A stretch of DNA of 64,000 nucleotides. It comes from the human T2T-CHM13v2.0 reference genome, Homo sapiens. A program made the position numbers and the translations under genes. Under the pieces are notes generated by a model that was given only the letters and a program-made list of their open reading frames with translations, searched no databases and was not told the origin of the DNA. Where the stretch lies: assembly GCF_009914755.1 (NCBI RefSeq), contig NC_060948.1. The stretch is one strand, 5' to 3'. Positions 1 through 11,570 of the stretch are shown in pieces (position 1 is the first letter of the stretch; the number at the start of each line of letters is the position of its first letter).

Positions 1-409
1 CGAGTATTTCAAAACTGCTCAATCAAATGGAAGGTTCAAAACCGTGACATGAATGCCCACATCACAAAGTAGTTTCTCAGAATGCTTCTGTGTAGTTTTT
101 ATGTGAAGATATTTCCTTTTCCACAACAGCGTGCAAAACGCTTCAAATATGCCCTTAGAGATTCCACAAAAAGAGTGTTTCCAAACTACTCAAATCAAAA
201 AATGATTTCAACTCTGTGAGATGAATGCACACATCACAAACTAGTTTCTCAGAATGTTTCTGCCTGGTTCTCATGCGAAGATAGTTCCTTTTTCACCATA
301 GGCCGCAATGTACTCCAAATATCCACCTGCAGATTCTACAAAAGTGAGTTTCAAAACTGCTCTATCAAAAGATCAGTTCGTCTCTGTGAGTTGAATGCAT
401 ACATCAAAA

Positions 410-419
410 AGAAGCTTCT
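410..419. other. 10-bp palindrome AGAAGCTTCT containing a HindIII site, apparently one per HOR
   Basis: AAGCTT at 412-417, repeated every 5,785 bp. No other AAGCTT noticed in the unit. Confidence 0.8.
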
Positions 420-1614
420 CAAAATGCTTCTGTGTGGTTTTTCGGTGAAGATAGTTCTTTTTCTACCATAGGTCTCAAACCACTCCAAATATCCACTTGT
501 AGATTCTATAAAAAGGAATGTTCAAAATTGCTCAATAAAAATAAAGTTTCAACACCGTGAGATGAGTGCACAAATCACAAAGGAGTTTCTCAAAATGCTT
601 CTGGGTAGTTTTTCTGTGAAGATAGTTCCTTTTCTACCATGGGCCACAAAGGGCTCCAAATACCCACTTGCAGATTCTACAAAAAGAGAGTTTCACAACT
701 GCTCTATCAAACAATATGTTCAACTTTGTGGGTTGAACACAAATATCACAAGAATTTTCTCCCAATGCTTCTGTGTAGTTTTTATGTGAAGACATTTCTT
801 TTCCCTCCATAGTCCACAAAGTGCTCCAAATATCCACTTACATATTCTAGAAAAAGATTGCTTGGAAACTGCACAATGAAAAGAAAGGTTCAAATATATG
901 AGATGAATGCACACATCACAAAGAAGTTTCTCAGAATCTCTCTGTGTAATTTTTATGTGAAGATATTTCCTTTCCCACCTTAGGTCTTAAAACGCTCCAA
1001 ATATCCACTTGCAGATACTACAAGAAGATTGTTTCAAAACTGCACAAAAAAAGAAATGTTCAATTCTGTTTGATGAATGCACACATCACAAAGAAGTTTC
1101 TCAGAATGCTTCTCTGTAGTTTTTATGTGAAGATATTTCCTTTTCCACAATAGGCCTCAAAGGGCTCCAAATATCCACTTCCAGATTCTATGAAAAGAAT
1201 ATTTCCAAACTGCTCAATCATAGGAAATGTTCAACTCTGTGAGATGAATGCACACATCACAAGAAATTTCTCAGAATCCTTCAGTGTAGGTTTTATGAGA
1301 AGATAATTCCTTTTCCACAATAGTTCTCAAAGCACTCAAAATATCCACTTGCAGATTCTACAAAAGGAGTATTTCAAAACTGCTCAATCAAAAGAAAGGT
1401 TCAACTCTGTGAGATGAATGGACACATCACAAAGAAGTTTCTCAGAATGCTTCTGTGTAGTATTTTTGTGAAGATATTTCTTTTCCACCATAGACCGCCA
1501 GGGGACACAAATATCCACTTTCAGATTCTACAACAAGAGAGGTTCAAAACTACTCGATCAAGAGATGGTTTCAACTATGTGAGTTGAATGCACACATCAC
1601 AAAGAACTATGTCG

Positions 1615-1620
1615 GAATTC
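1615..1620. other. EcoRI site (GAATTC), apparently one per HOR
   Basis: gtcgGAATTC at 1611-1620, repeated every 5,785 bp. No other GAATTC noticed in the unit. Consistent with the classical unit-length EcoRI fragment of Y alphoid DNA. Confidence 0.8.
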
Positions 1621-3000
1621 TTCTGTGTAGTTTTTATGTGAAGATATTTCCTTTTCCACAATAGACGTCAAAGTGATCCAGATATCCACTTGCAGATTCC
1701 ACAAAAAGAGTGTTTCAAAAGTGCACAACCAAAAGAAAGGTTCAACTAGGTGAGATGAATGCACACATCAGAAGGAAGTTTCTCAGAATGCTTCTGCATA
1801 GCTTTTAAGGGAAGATACTTCCTTTTCCAACATAGGCCTCAAAGCACTCCAAATATCCTCCTGGAGATACCACAAAAAGAGTGTTTGCAAACTGCTCAAT
1901 CAAAAGAAAGATTTAACTCTGTGAGATGAATCCACACATGACAAAGAAGTTTCTCAGAATGCTTCTGTGTAGTTTTTATGTGAAGATATTTCCTTTTCCA
2001 CAATAAGACCCAAAAGGCTCCAAATATTCACTTGCAGATTCTAAAAAAAACAGTGTTTCAAAACTGCTCAATCAAAAGATAGTTCAACTCTGTGAGAAGA
2101 ATGCTCACATCACTGAGAAGTTTCTCAGAATGCTTCTGTGTAGTTTTTATATGAAGATATTTCCTTTCCCACCGTAGGCCACAAAAGGCTCCAAATATCC
2201 ACTTGCAGATACTATGAAAAGAGAGTTTCAAAACTGCTCATTCAAAAGATAGGTTCAACTCTGTGGTTTGAATGCACACAGCACAAAGAAGTTTCACAGA
2301 ATGTGTCTGTGTAGTTTTTATGTGCGGATGTTTCCTTTTCCACCATATGCCTAAATATTTCCCAATTTCCACTTGCAGATTCCACAAGAAGAGTGTTTCA
2401 AAACTGCTGTATCAAATAAAGTTGAACTCTGTGAGGTGAATGCACACAGCACAAAATGGTTTCTCAGAATGCTTCCTTGTTGTTTTTATATGAAGATGTT
2501 TCCTTTTCAACAATAGGCCTCAAAGTGCTTCAAATGTCCACTTGCAGATTCTACAAAAAGAGTGTTTCAAAACTGCTCAATCAAAAGAAAGGTTCGACTC
2601 TGGGAAATTAATGCACACATCACAAAGAAGTTTCTCAGCTTCTGTGTAGTTTTCATGTGAAGTTATTTCCTTTTCCACAATAGGCCGCAAAGGGCTCCAA
2701 ATATCAACTTACAGATTCTAGGAAAAGAGAGTTTCAAAACTGCTCTACGAAAAGATAGGTTGAACTCTGTGAGATGAATGCACACATCACAAAGAAGTTT
2801 CTCAGAATGCATCTGTGTAGTTTTTACGGGAAGACATTTCCTTTTCCACCATCTTCCACAAAGGTCTCCAAGTAACCACTTGCAGATTCTACAGAAAGAC
2901 ACTTTAAAAACTGCTCTATCAAAAGATCAGTTCAAGTCTGTGGTTTGAATGCACACATCACAAAGAATTTTCTCAGAATGCTTCTGTGTAGTTTTCATAT

Positions 3001-4020
3001 GAAGATATTTCCTTTTCCACCATAGGCCTCAAAGCACTCCAAATATCCACTTGCAGATTCTACAAAAAGAGATTTTCAAAACTAGTCAATCAAAAGAAAG
3101 GTTCAACTCTGTCAGTTGAATGCACATATCACAAACAAGTTTCTCGGAATGCGTCTGTGTAGTTTTTATGTGAAGATATTTCCTTCTCCACAACAGGCCT
3201 CAAAGTGCTCCGAATATCCACTTGCAGATTTTACTAAAGAGTGTTTCCAAACTGCTCAATCAAGAGGAAGTTTCAAGTCTGTGAGCTGAACGCACACATC
3301 ACAAAGTAGTTTCTGAGAATGCTTCTGTGTAGTTTTTATGTGAAGATGTTTCCTTTTCCACCATAGGCTGCAAAGGGCTCCAAATATCCACTTGCAGATT
3401 CTACAAAAAGAGAGTTTCAAAAGTGCTCTATCAAAAGATAGGTTCAACTATGTGATATGAATGCACACATCACAAAGTAGTTTCTCAGAATGCTTCTGTG
3501 TAGTTTTTATGTAAAGATATTTCCTTTTCCACCATAGGCCTCAAAGCACTCCAAATATCCACTTGCAGATTCTACAAAAAGAGATTTTCAAAACTATTTA
3601 ATCAAAAGAAAGGTTCAAATCTGTCAGTTGAAGGTACATATCACAAACAAGTTTATTGGAATGCTTCTGTGTAGTTTTTATGTGAAGATATTTCCTTTTC
3701 CACAACAGGCCTCCAGGTGCTCCAAATATCCACTTGCAGATTTCACTAAAAGTGTGTTTCCAAGCTGCTCAATCAAGAGGAAGTTTCAAGTCTGTGAGGT
3801 GAATGCACACATTACAAAGAAGTTACTGAGAATGCTTCTGTGTAGTTTTTATGTGAAGATATTTCCTTTTCCACCGCAGGCCTCAAAGCGCTGCAAATAT
3901 CCACTTGCAGATTCTACAAAAAGAGAGTTTCAAAACTGCTGTATCAAAAGATAGGGTCAACTCTGCGAGTTGAATAAACACATCACAAATAAGTTTCTGG
4001 GAACGCTTCTGTATAGTTTT
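3001..4020. repeat. Diverged internal duplication of a 3-monomer (~512 bp) block within the HOR
   Basis: Rare motifs pair at 512-513 bp spacing: gattttcaaaacta (3071/3583), ctgtcagttgaa (3109/3621), catatcacaaacaag, acaacaggcctc, and caagaggaagtttcaagtctgtgag (3261/3774). Confidence 0.8.
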
Positions 4021-5785
4021 ATGTGAATATATTTCCTTTTCCACCATATGCCTCAAAGCACTCCAAATATCCACTTGCACATTATAGAAACATAGTCTTT
4101 CAAAACTTGTCAATCAAAGAAAGGTTCAACTCCGTGAGATGAGTGCACACATCACAGAGAAGTTTCTCGGAATGTTTCTGTGTAGTTTTTATGTGAAGAT
4201 ATTGCCTTTTCCACAATAGGCCTCAAAGCGTTCCAAATATCCAATTGCAGATTCCACAAAAAAAGTTTTTTAAAACTGCTCAATCAAATGATAGATTAAA
4301 CTCTGTGAGATTAGTGCACACATGTCAAAAAAGTTTCTCAGAATGCTTCTGTGTACTTTTTAGGGGAAGATATTTCCTTTTCCACCATCGGCCACAAAGG
4401 ACTCCAAATAACCACATGCAGATTCTAGTAACACAGAGTTTCAAAACTGCTCTATCAAAAGATAAGTTCAACTCTGAGAGTTTAGTGCAACCATCGTGAA
4501 GAAGTTTCTCAGAATGCTTCTGAGTAGTGTTTATGTGAAGATATTTCCTTTTCCACCATAGGCCTGAAAGCCCTCCAAATATCCACTTGCAGATCCTACA
4601 AAAAGAAAGTTTCGAAATGCTCTCTCAAACGATAGTTTCGACTCTGTGGTATGAATACACACATCACAAAGAAGTTTCTCAGAATGCTTCTGTGTAGTTT
4701 TTAAATGAAGATATTTCTTTTTCCACCATAGGCCTCAAAGCACTCCAAATATGCACTTCCAGATTCTACAAAAAGAGTGTTTCAGAACTGCTCAATCAAA
4801 AGGAAGGTTCCAGTCTGAGACAAATACACACATCAAAAGGTAGTTTCTCAGAATGCTTCTGTGTAGTTTTTATGTGAAGATATTTTCCTTTCCACCATAG
4901 GCCACAAATGGCTCTAAATACCCACTTACATTTTCCACAAAAAGAGAGTTTCAAAACTGCTCTACCAAAGGTAAGTTTAACGCTGTGAGTTAAGAACATC
5001 ACAAAGAAGTTTCTCAGAATGCTTCTGTGTAGTTCTTACGTAAAGATATTTCCTTTTACACAATAGGCAGAAAAGTGCTCCAAATATCCACTTGAAGATT
5101 CTACAAAAACCGTGTTTCAAAACTGCCGAATCAAAAGAAAGGTTCAACTCTGTGAGATGAATGCACACATAACAAAGGAGTTTCTCAGAATGCTTCTGTG
5201 TAGCTTTTATATGAAGACATTTAGTTTTCCACAACAGGCCTCAAAGCTCTCTCCATATCCACTTGCAGATTCTACCGAAAGAGTGCTTCCAAACTGCTCA
5301 ATCAAAAGAGACATTCAAATCTGTGAGGTGAATGCAGACATCGTAAAGAAGTTTCTCAGAATGCTTCTGTGTATTTTTTGTGTGAAGTTATTCGTTTTTG
5401 CACCATAGGCCTCCAAGCGTTCTAAATATCCACTTCTAGATTCTACAAAAAGAGAGTTTCAAAACTACTCAAACAAAAGGTTCAATTCTGTGAGTTGAAA
5501 GCAAACATCACAAAGAAGTTTCTCAGAATGCGTCTGTGTAGTTTTGATGTGAAGATATTTCCTTTTCACAGTAGAATGCAAAGGGCTCCAAATATCCACT
5601 TGGAGATTCTACAAAAAGAGTTTCAAAACCGCTCTGTCAAATGATAGGTTGAACTCCCGGAGGTGAATACACACATCACAAAGAGGTTTCTCAGCATGCT
5701 TCTGTGTAGTTTTTATGTAAACATATTTCCGTTTCTATCATAGGCCTCAAAGTGCTCCAAATATTCACTTGTACATTCTACCAAA

Positions 5786-8700
5786 CGAGTATTTCAAAAC
5801 TGCTCAATCAAATGGAAGGTTCAAAACCGTGACATGAATGCCCACATCACAAAGTAGTTTCTCAGAATGCTTCTGTGTAGTTTTTATGTGAAGATATTTC
5901 CTTTTCCACAACAGCGTGCAAAACGCTTCAAATATGCCCTTAGAGATTCCACAAAAAGAGTGTTTCCAAACTACTCAAATCAAAAAATGATTTCAACTCT
6001 GTGAGATGAATGCACACATCACAAACTAGTTTCTCAGAATGTTTCTGCCTGGTTCTCATGCGAAGATAGTTCCTTTTTCACCATAGGCCGCAATGTACTC
6101 CAAATATCCACCTGCAGATTCTACAAAAGTGAGTTTCAAAACTGCTCTATCAAAAGATCAGTTCGTCTCTGTGAGTTGAATGCATACATCAAAAAGAAGC
6201 TTCTCAAAATGCTTCTGTGTGGTTTTTCGGTGAAGATAGTTCTTTTTCTACCATAGGTCTCAAACCACTCCAAATATCCACTTGTAGATTCTATAAAAAG
6301 GAATGTTCAAAATTGCTCAATAAAAATAAAGTTTCAACACCGTGAGATGAGTGCACAAATCACAAAGGAGTTTCTCAAAATGCTTCTGGGTAGTTTTTCT
6401 GTGAAGATAGTTCCTTTTCTACCATGGGCCACAAAGGGCTCCAAATACCCACTTGCAGATTCTACAAAAAGAGAGTTTCACAACTGCTCTATCAAACAAT
6501 ATGTTCAACTTTGTGGGTTGAACACAAATATCACAAGAATTTTCTCCCAATGCTTCTGTGTAGTTTTTATGTGAAGACATTTCTTTTCCCTCCATAGTCC
6601 ACAAAGTGCTCCAAATATCCACTTACATATTCTAGAAAAAGATTGCTTGGAAACTGCACAATGAAAAGAAAGGTTCAAATATATGAGATGAATGCACACA
6701 TCACAAAGAAGTTTCTCAGAATCTCTCTGTGTAATTTTTATGTGAAGATATTTCCTTTCCCACCTTAGGTCTTAAAACGCTCCAAATATCCACTTGCAGA
6801 TACTACAAGAAGATTGTTTCAAAACTGCACAAAAAAAGAAATGTTCAATTCTGTTTGATGAATGCACACATCACAAAGAAGTTTCTCAGAATGCTTCTCT
6901 GTAGTTTTTATGTGAAGATATTTCCTTTTCCACAATAGGCCTCAAAGGGCTCCAAATATCCACTTCCAGATTCTATGAAAAGAATATTTCCAAACTGCTC
7001 AATCATAGGAAATGTTCAACTCTGTGAGATGAATGCACACATCACAAGAAATTTCTCAGAATCCTTCAGTGTAGGTTTTATGAGAAGATAATTCCTTTTC
7101 CACAATAGTTCTCAAAGCACTCAAAATATCCACTTGCAGATTCTACAAAAGGAGTATTTCAAAACTGCTCAATCAAAAGAAAGGTTCAACTCTGTGAGAT
7201 GAATGGACACATCACAAAGAAGTTTCTCAGAATGCTTCTGTGTAGTATTTTTGTGAAGATATTTCTTTTCCACCATAGACCGCCAGGGGACACAAATATC
7301 CACTTTCAGATTCTACAACAAGAGAGGTTCAAAACTACTCGATCAAGAGATGGTTTCAACTATGTGAGTTGAATGCACACATCACAAAGAACTATGTCGG
7401 AATTCTTCTGTGTAGTTTTTATGTGAAGATATTTCCTTTTCCACAATAGACGTCAAAGTGATCCAGATATCCACTTGCAGATTCCACAAAAAGAGTGTTT
7501 CAAAAGTGCACAACCAAAAGAAAGGTTCAACTAGGTGAGATGAATGCACACATCAGAAGGAAGTTTCTCAGAATGCTTCTGCATAGCTTTTAAGGGAAGA
7601 TACTTCCTTTTCCAACATAGGCCTCAAAGCACTCCAAATATCCTCCTGGAGATACCACAAAAAGAGTGTTTGCAAACTGCTCAATCAAAAGAAAGATTTA
7701 ACTCTGTGAGATGAATCCACACATGACAAAGAAGTTTCTCAGAATGCTTCTGTGTAGTTTTTATGTGAAGATATTTCCTTTTCCACAATAAGACCCAAAA
7801 GGCTCCAAATATTCACTTGCAGATTCTAAAAAAAACAGTGTTTCAAAACTGCTCAATCAAAAGATAGTTCAACTCTGTGAGAAGAATGCTCACATCACTG
7901 AGAAGTTTCTCAGAATGCTTCTGTGTAGTTTTTATATGAAGATATTTCCTTTCCCACCGTAGGCCACAAAAGGCTCCAAATATCCACTTGCAGATACTAT
8001 GAAAAGAGAGTTTCAAAACTGCTCATTCAAAAGATAGGTTCAACTCTGTGGTTTGAATGCACACAGCACAAAGAAGTTTCACAGAATGTGTCTGTGTAGT
8101 TTTTATGTGCGGATGTTTCCTTTTCCACCATATGCCTAAATATTTCCCAATTTCCACTTGCAGATTCCACAAGAAGAGTGTTTCAAAACTGCTGTATCAA
8201 ATAAAGTTGAACTCTGTGAGGTGAATGCACACAGCACAAAATGGTTTCTCAGAATGCTTCCTTGTTGTTTTTATATGAAGATGTTTCCTTTTCAACAATA
8301 GGCCTCAAAGTGCTTCAAATGTCCACTTGCAGATTCTACAAAAAGAGTGTTTCAAAACTGCTCAATCAAAAGAAAGGTTCGACTCTGGGAAATTAATGCA
8401 CACATCACAAAGAAGTTTCTCAGCTTCTGTGTAGTTTTCATGTGAAGTTATTTCCTTTTCCACAATAGGCCGCAAAGGGCTCCAAATATCAACTTACAGA
8501 TTCTAGGAAAAGAGAGTTTCAAAACTGCTCTACGAAAAGATAGGTTGAACTCTGTGAGATGAATGCACACATCACAAAGAAGTTTCTCAGAATGCATCTG
8601 TGTAGTTTTTACGGGAAGATATTTCCTTTTCCACCATCTTCCACAGAGGTCTCCAAGTAACCACTTGCAGATTCTACAGAAAGACACTTTAAAAACTGCT

Positions 8701-11570
8701 CTATCAAAAGATCAGTTCAAGTCTGTGGTTTGAATGCACACATCACAAAGAATTTTCTCAGAATGCTTCTGTGTAGTTTTCATATGAAGATATTTCCTTT
8801 TCCACCATAGGCCTCAAAGCACTCCAAATATCCACTTGCAGATTCTACAAAAAGAGATTTTCAAAACTAGTCAATCAAAAGAAAGGTTCAACTCTGTCAG
8901 TTGAATGCACATATCACAAACAAGTTTCTCGGAATGCGTCTGTGTAGTTTTTATGTGAAGATATTTCCTTCTCCACAACAGGCCTCAAAGTGCTCCGAAT
9001 ATCCACTTGCAGATTTTACTAAAGAGTGTTTCCAAACTGCTCAATCAAGAGGAAGTTTCAAGTCTGTGAGCTGAACGCACACATCACAAAGTAGTTTCTG
9101 AGAATGCTTCTGTGTAGTTTTTATGTGAAGATGTTTCCTTTTCCACCATAGGCTGCAAAGGGCTCCAAATATCCACTTGCAGATTCTACAAAAAGAGAGT
9201 TTCAAAAGTGCTCTATCAAAAGATAGGTTCAACTATGTGATATGAATGCACACATCACAAAGTAGTTTCTCAGAATGCTTCTGTGTAGTTTTTATGTAAA
9301 GATATTTCCTTTTCCACCATAGGCCTCAAAGCACTCCAAATATCCACTTGCAGATTCTACAAAAAGAGATTTTCAAAACTATTTAATCAAAAGAAAGGTT
9401 CAAATCTGTCAGTTGAAGGTACATATCACAAACAAGTTTATTGGAATGCTTCTGTGTAGTTTTTATGTGAAGATATTTCCTTTTCCACAACAGGCCTCAA
9501 GGTGCTCCAAATATCCACTTGCAGATTTCACTAAAAGTGTGTTTCCAAGCTGCTCAATCAAGAGGAAGTTTCAAGTCTGTGAGGTGAATGCACACATTAC
9601 AAAGAAGTTACTGAGAATGCTTCTGTGTAGTTTTTATGTGAAGATATTTCCTTTTCCACCGCAGGCCTCAAAGCGCTGCAAATATCCACTTGCAGATTCT
9701 ACAAAAAGAGAGTTTCAAAACTGCTGTATCAAAAGATAGGGTCAACTCTGCGAGTTGAATAAGCACATCACAAATAAGTTTCTGGGAACGCTTCTGTATA
9801 GTTTTATGTGAATATATTTCCTTTTCCACCATATGCCTCAAAGCACTCCAAATATCCACTTGCACATTATAGAAACATAGTCTTTCAAAACTTGTCAATC
9901 AAAGAAAGGTTCAACTCCGTGAGATGAGTGCACACATCACAGAGAAGTTTCTCGGAATGTTTCTGTGTAGTTTTTATGTGAAGATATTGCCTTTTCCACA
10001 ATAGGCCTCAAAGCGTTCCAAATATCCAATTGCAGATTCCACAAAAAAAGTTTTTTAAAACTGCTCAATCAAATGATAGATTAAACTCTGTGAGATTAGT
10101 GCACACATGTCAAAAAAGTTTCTCAGAATGCTTCTGTGTACTTTTTAGGGGAAGATATTTCCTTTTCCACCATCGGCCACAAAGGACTCCAAATAACCAC
10201 ATGCAGATTCTAGTAACACAGAGTTTCAAAACTGCTCTATCAAAAGATAAGTTCAACTCTGAGAGTTTAGTGCAACCATCGTGAAGAAGTTTCTCAGAAT
10301 GCTTCTGAGTAGTGTTTATGTGAAGATATTTCCTTTTCCACCATAGGCCTGAAAGCCCTCCAAATATCCACTTGCAGATCCTACAAAAAGAAAGTTTCGA
10401 AATGCTCTCTCAAACGATAGTTTCGACTCTGTGGTATGAATACACACATCACAAAGAAGTTTCTCAGAATGCTTCTGTGTAGTTTTTAAATGAAGATATT
10501 TCTTTTTCCACCATAGGCCTCAAAGCACTCCAAATATGCACTTCCAGATTCTACAAAAAGAGTGTTTCAGAACTGCTCAATCAAAAGGAAGGTTCCAGTC
10601 TGAGACAAATACACACATCAAAAGGTAGTTTCTCAGAATGCTTCTGTGTAGTTTTTATGTGAAGATATTTTCCTTTCCACCATAGGCCACAAATGGCTCT
10701 AAATACCCACTTACATTTTCCACAAAAAGAGAGTTTCAAAACTGCTCTACCAAAGGTAAGTTTAACGCTGTGAGTTAAGAACATCACAAAGAAGTTTCTC
10801 AGAATGCTTCTGTGTAGTTCTTACGTAAAGATATTTCCTTTTACACAATAGGCAGAAAAGTGCTCCAAATATCCACTTGAAGATTCTACAAAAACCGTGT
10901 TTCAAAACTGCCGAATCAAAAGAAAGGTTCAACTCTGTGAGATGAATGCACACATAACAAAGGAGTTTCTCAGAATGCTTCTGTGTAGCTTTTATATGAA
11001 GACATTTAGTTTTCCACAACAGGCCTCAAAGCTCTCTCCATATCCACTTGCAGATTCTACCGAAAGAGTGCTTCCAAACTGCTCAATCAAAAGAGACATT
11101 CAAATCTGTGAGGTGAATGCAGACATCGTAAAGAAGTTTCTCAGAATGCTTCTGTGTATTTTTTGTGTGAAGTTATTCGTTTTTGCACCATAGGCCTCCA
11201 AGCGTTCTAAATATCCACTTCTAGATTCTACAAAAAGAGAGTTTCAAAACTACTCAAACAAAAGGTTCAATTCTGTGAGTTGAAAGCAAACATCACAAAG
11301 AAGTTTCTCAGAATGCGTCTGTGTAGTTTTGATGTGAAGATATTTCCTTTTCACAGTAGAATGCAAAGGGCTCCAAATATCCACTTGGAGATTCTACAAA
11401 AAGAGTTTCAAAACCGCTCTGTCAAATGATAGGTTGAACTCCCGGAGGTGAATACACACATCACAAAGAGGTTTCTCAGCATGCTTCTGTGTAGTTTTTA
11501 TGTAAACATATTTCCGTTTCTATCATAGGCCTCAAAGTGCTCCAAATATTCACTTGTACATTCTACCAAA
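5786..11570. repeat. HOR copy 2
   Basis: 5,785 bp. Private variants: 8620 C>T, 8646 A>G, 9763 A>G. Confidence 0.95.

Larger units (their letters stand above)
1..5785. repeat. HOR copy 1 (window phase)
   Basis: 34 monomers. Only minor allele seen: C at 3714 (ctccagg vs ctcaagg). Confidence 0.95.

Noticed and set aside
534-545. AATAAA hexamers (aataaaaataaa) as a polyadenylation signal
   Set aside because: Expected by chance in AT-rich satellite; no gene context.
5722-5745. Partial CENP-B-box-like sequence ttccgtttctatcatagg
   Set aside because: Has only CCG-TT; it lacks the third C and the CGAA half required by CCCGNNTNNNNCGAA.
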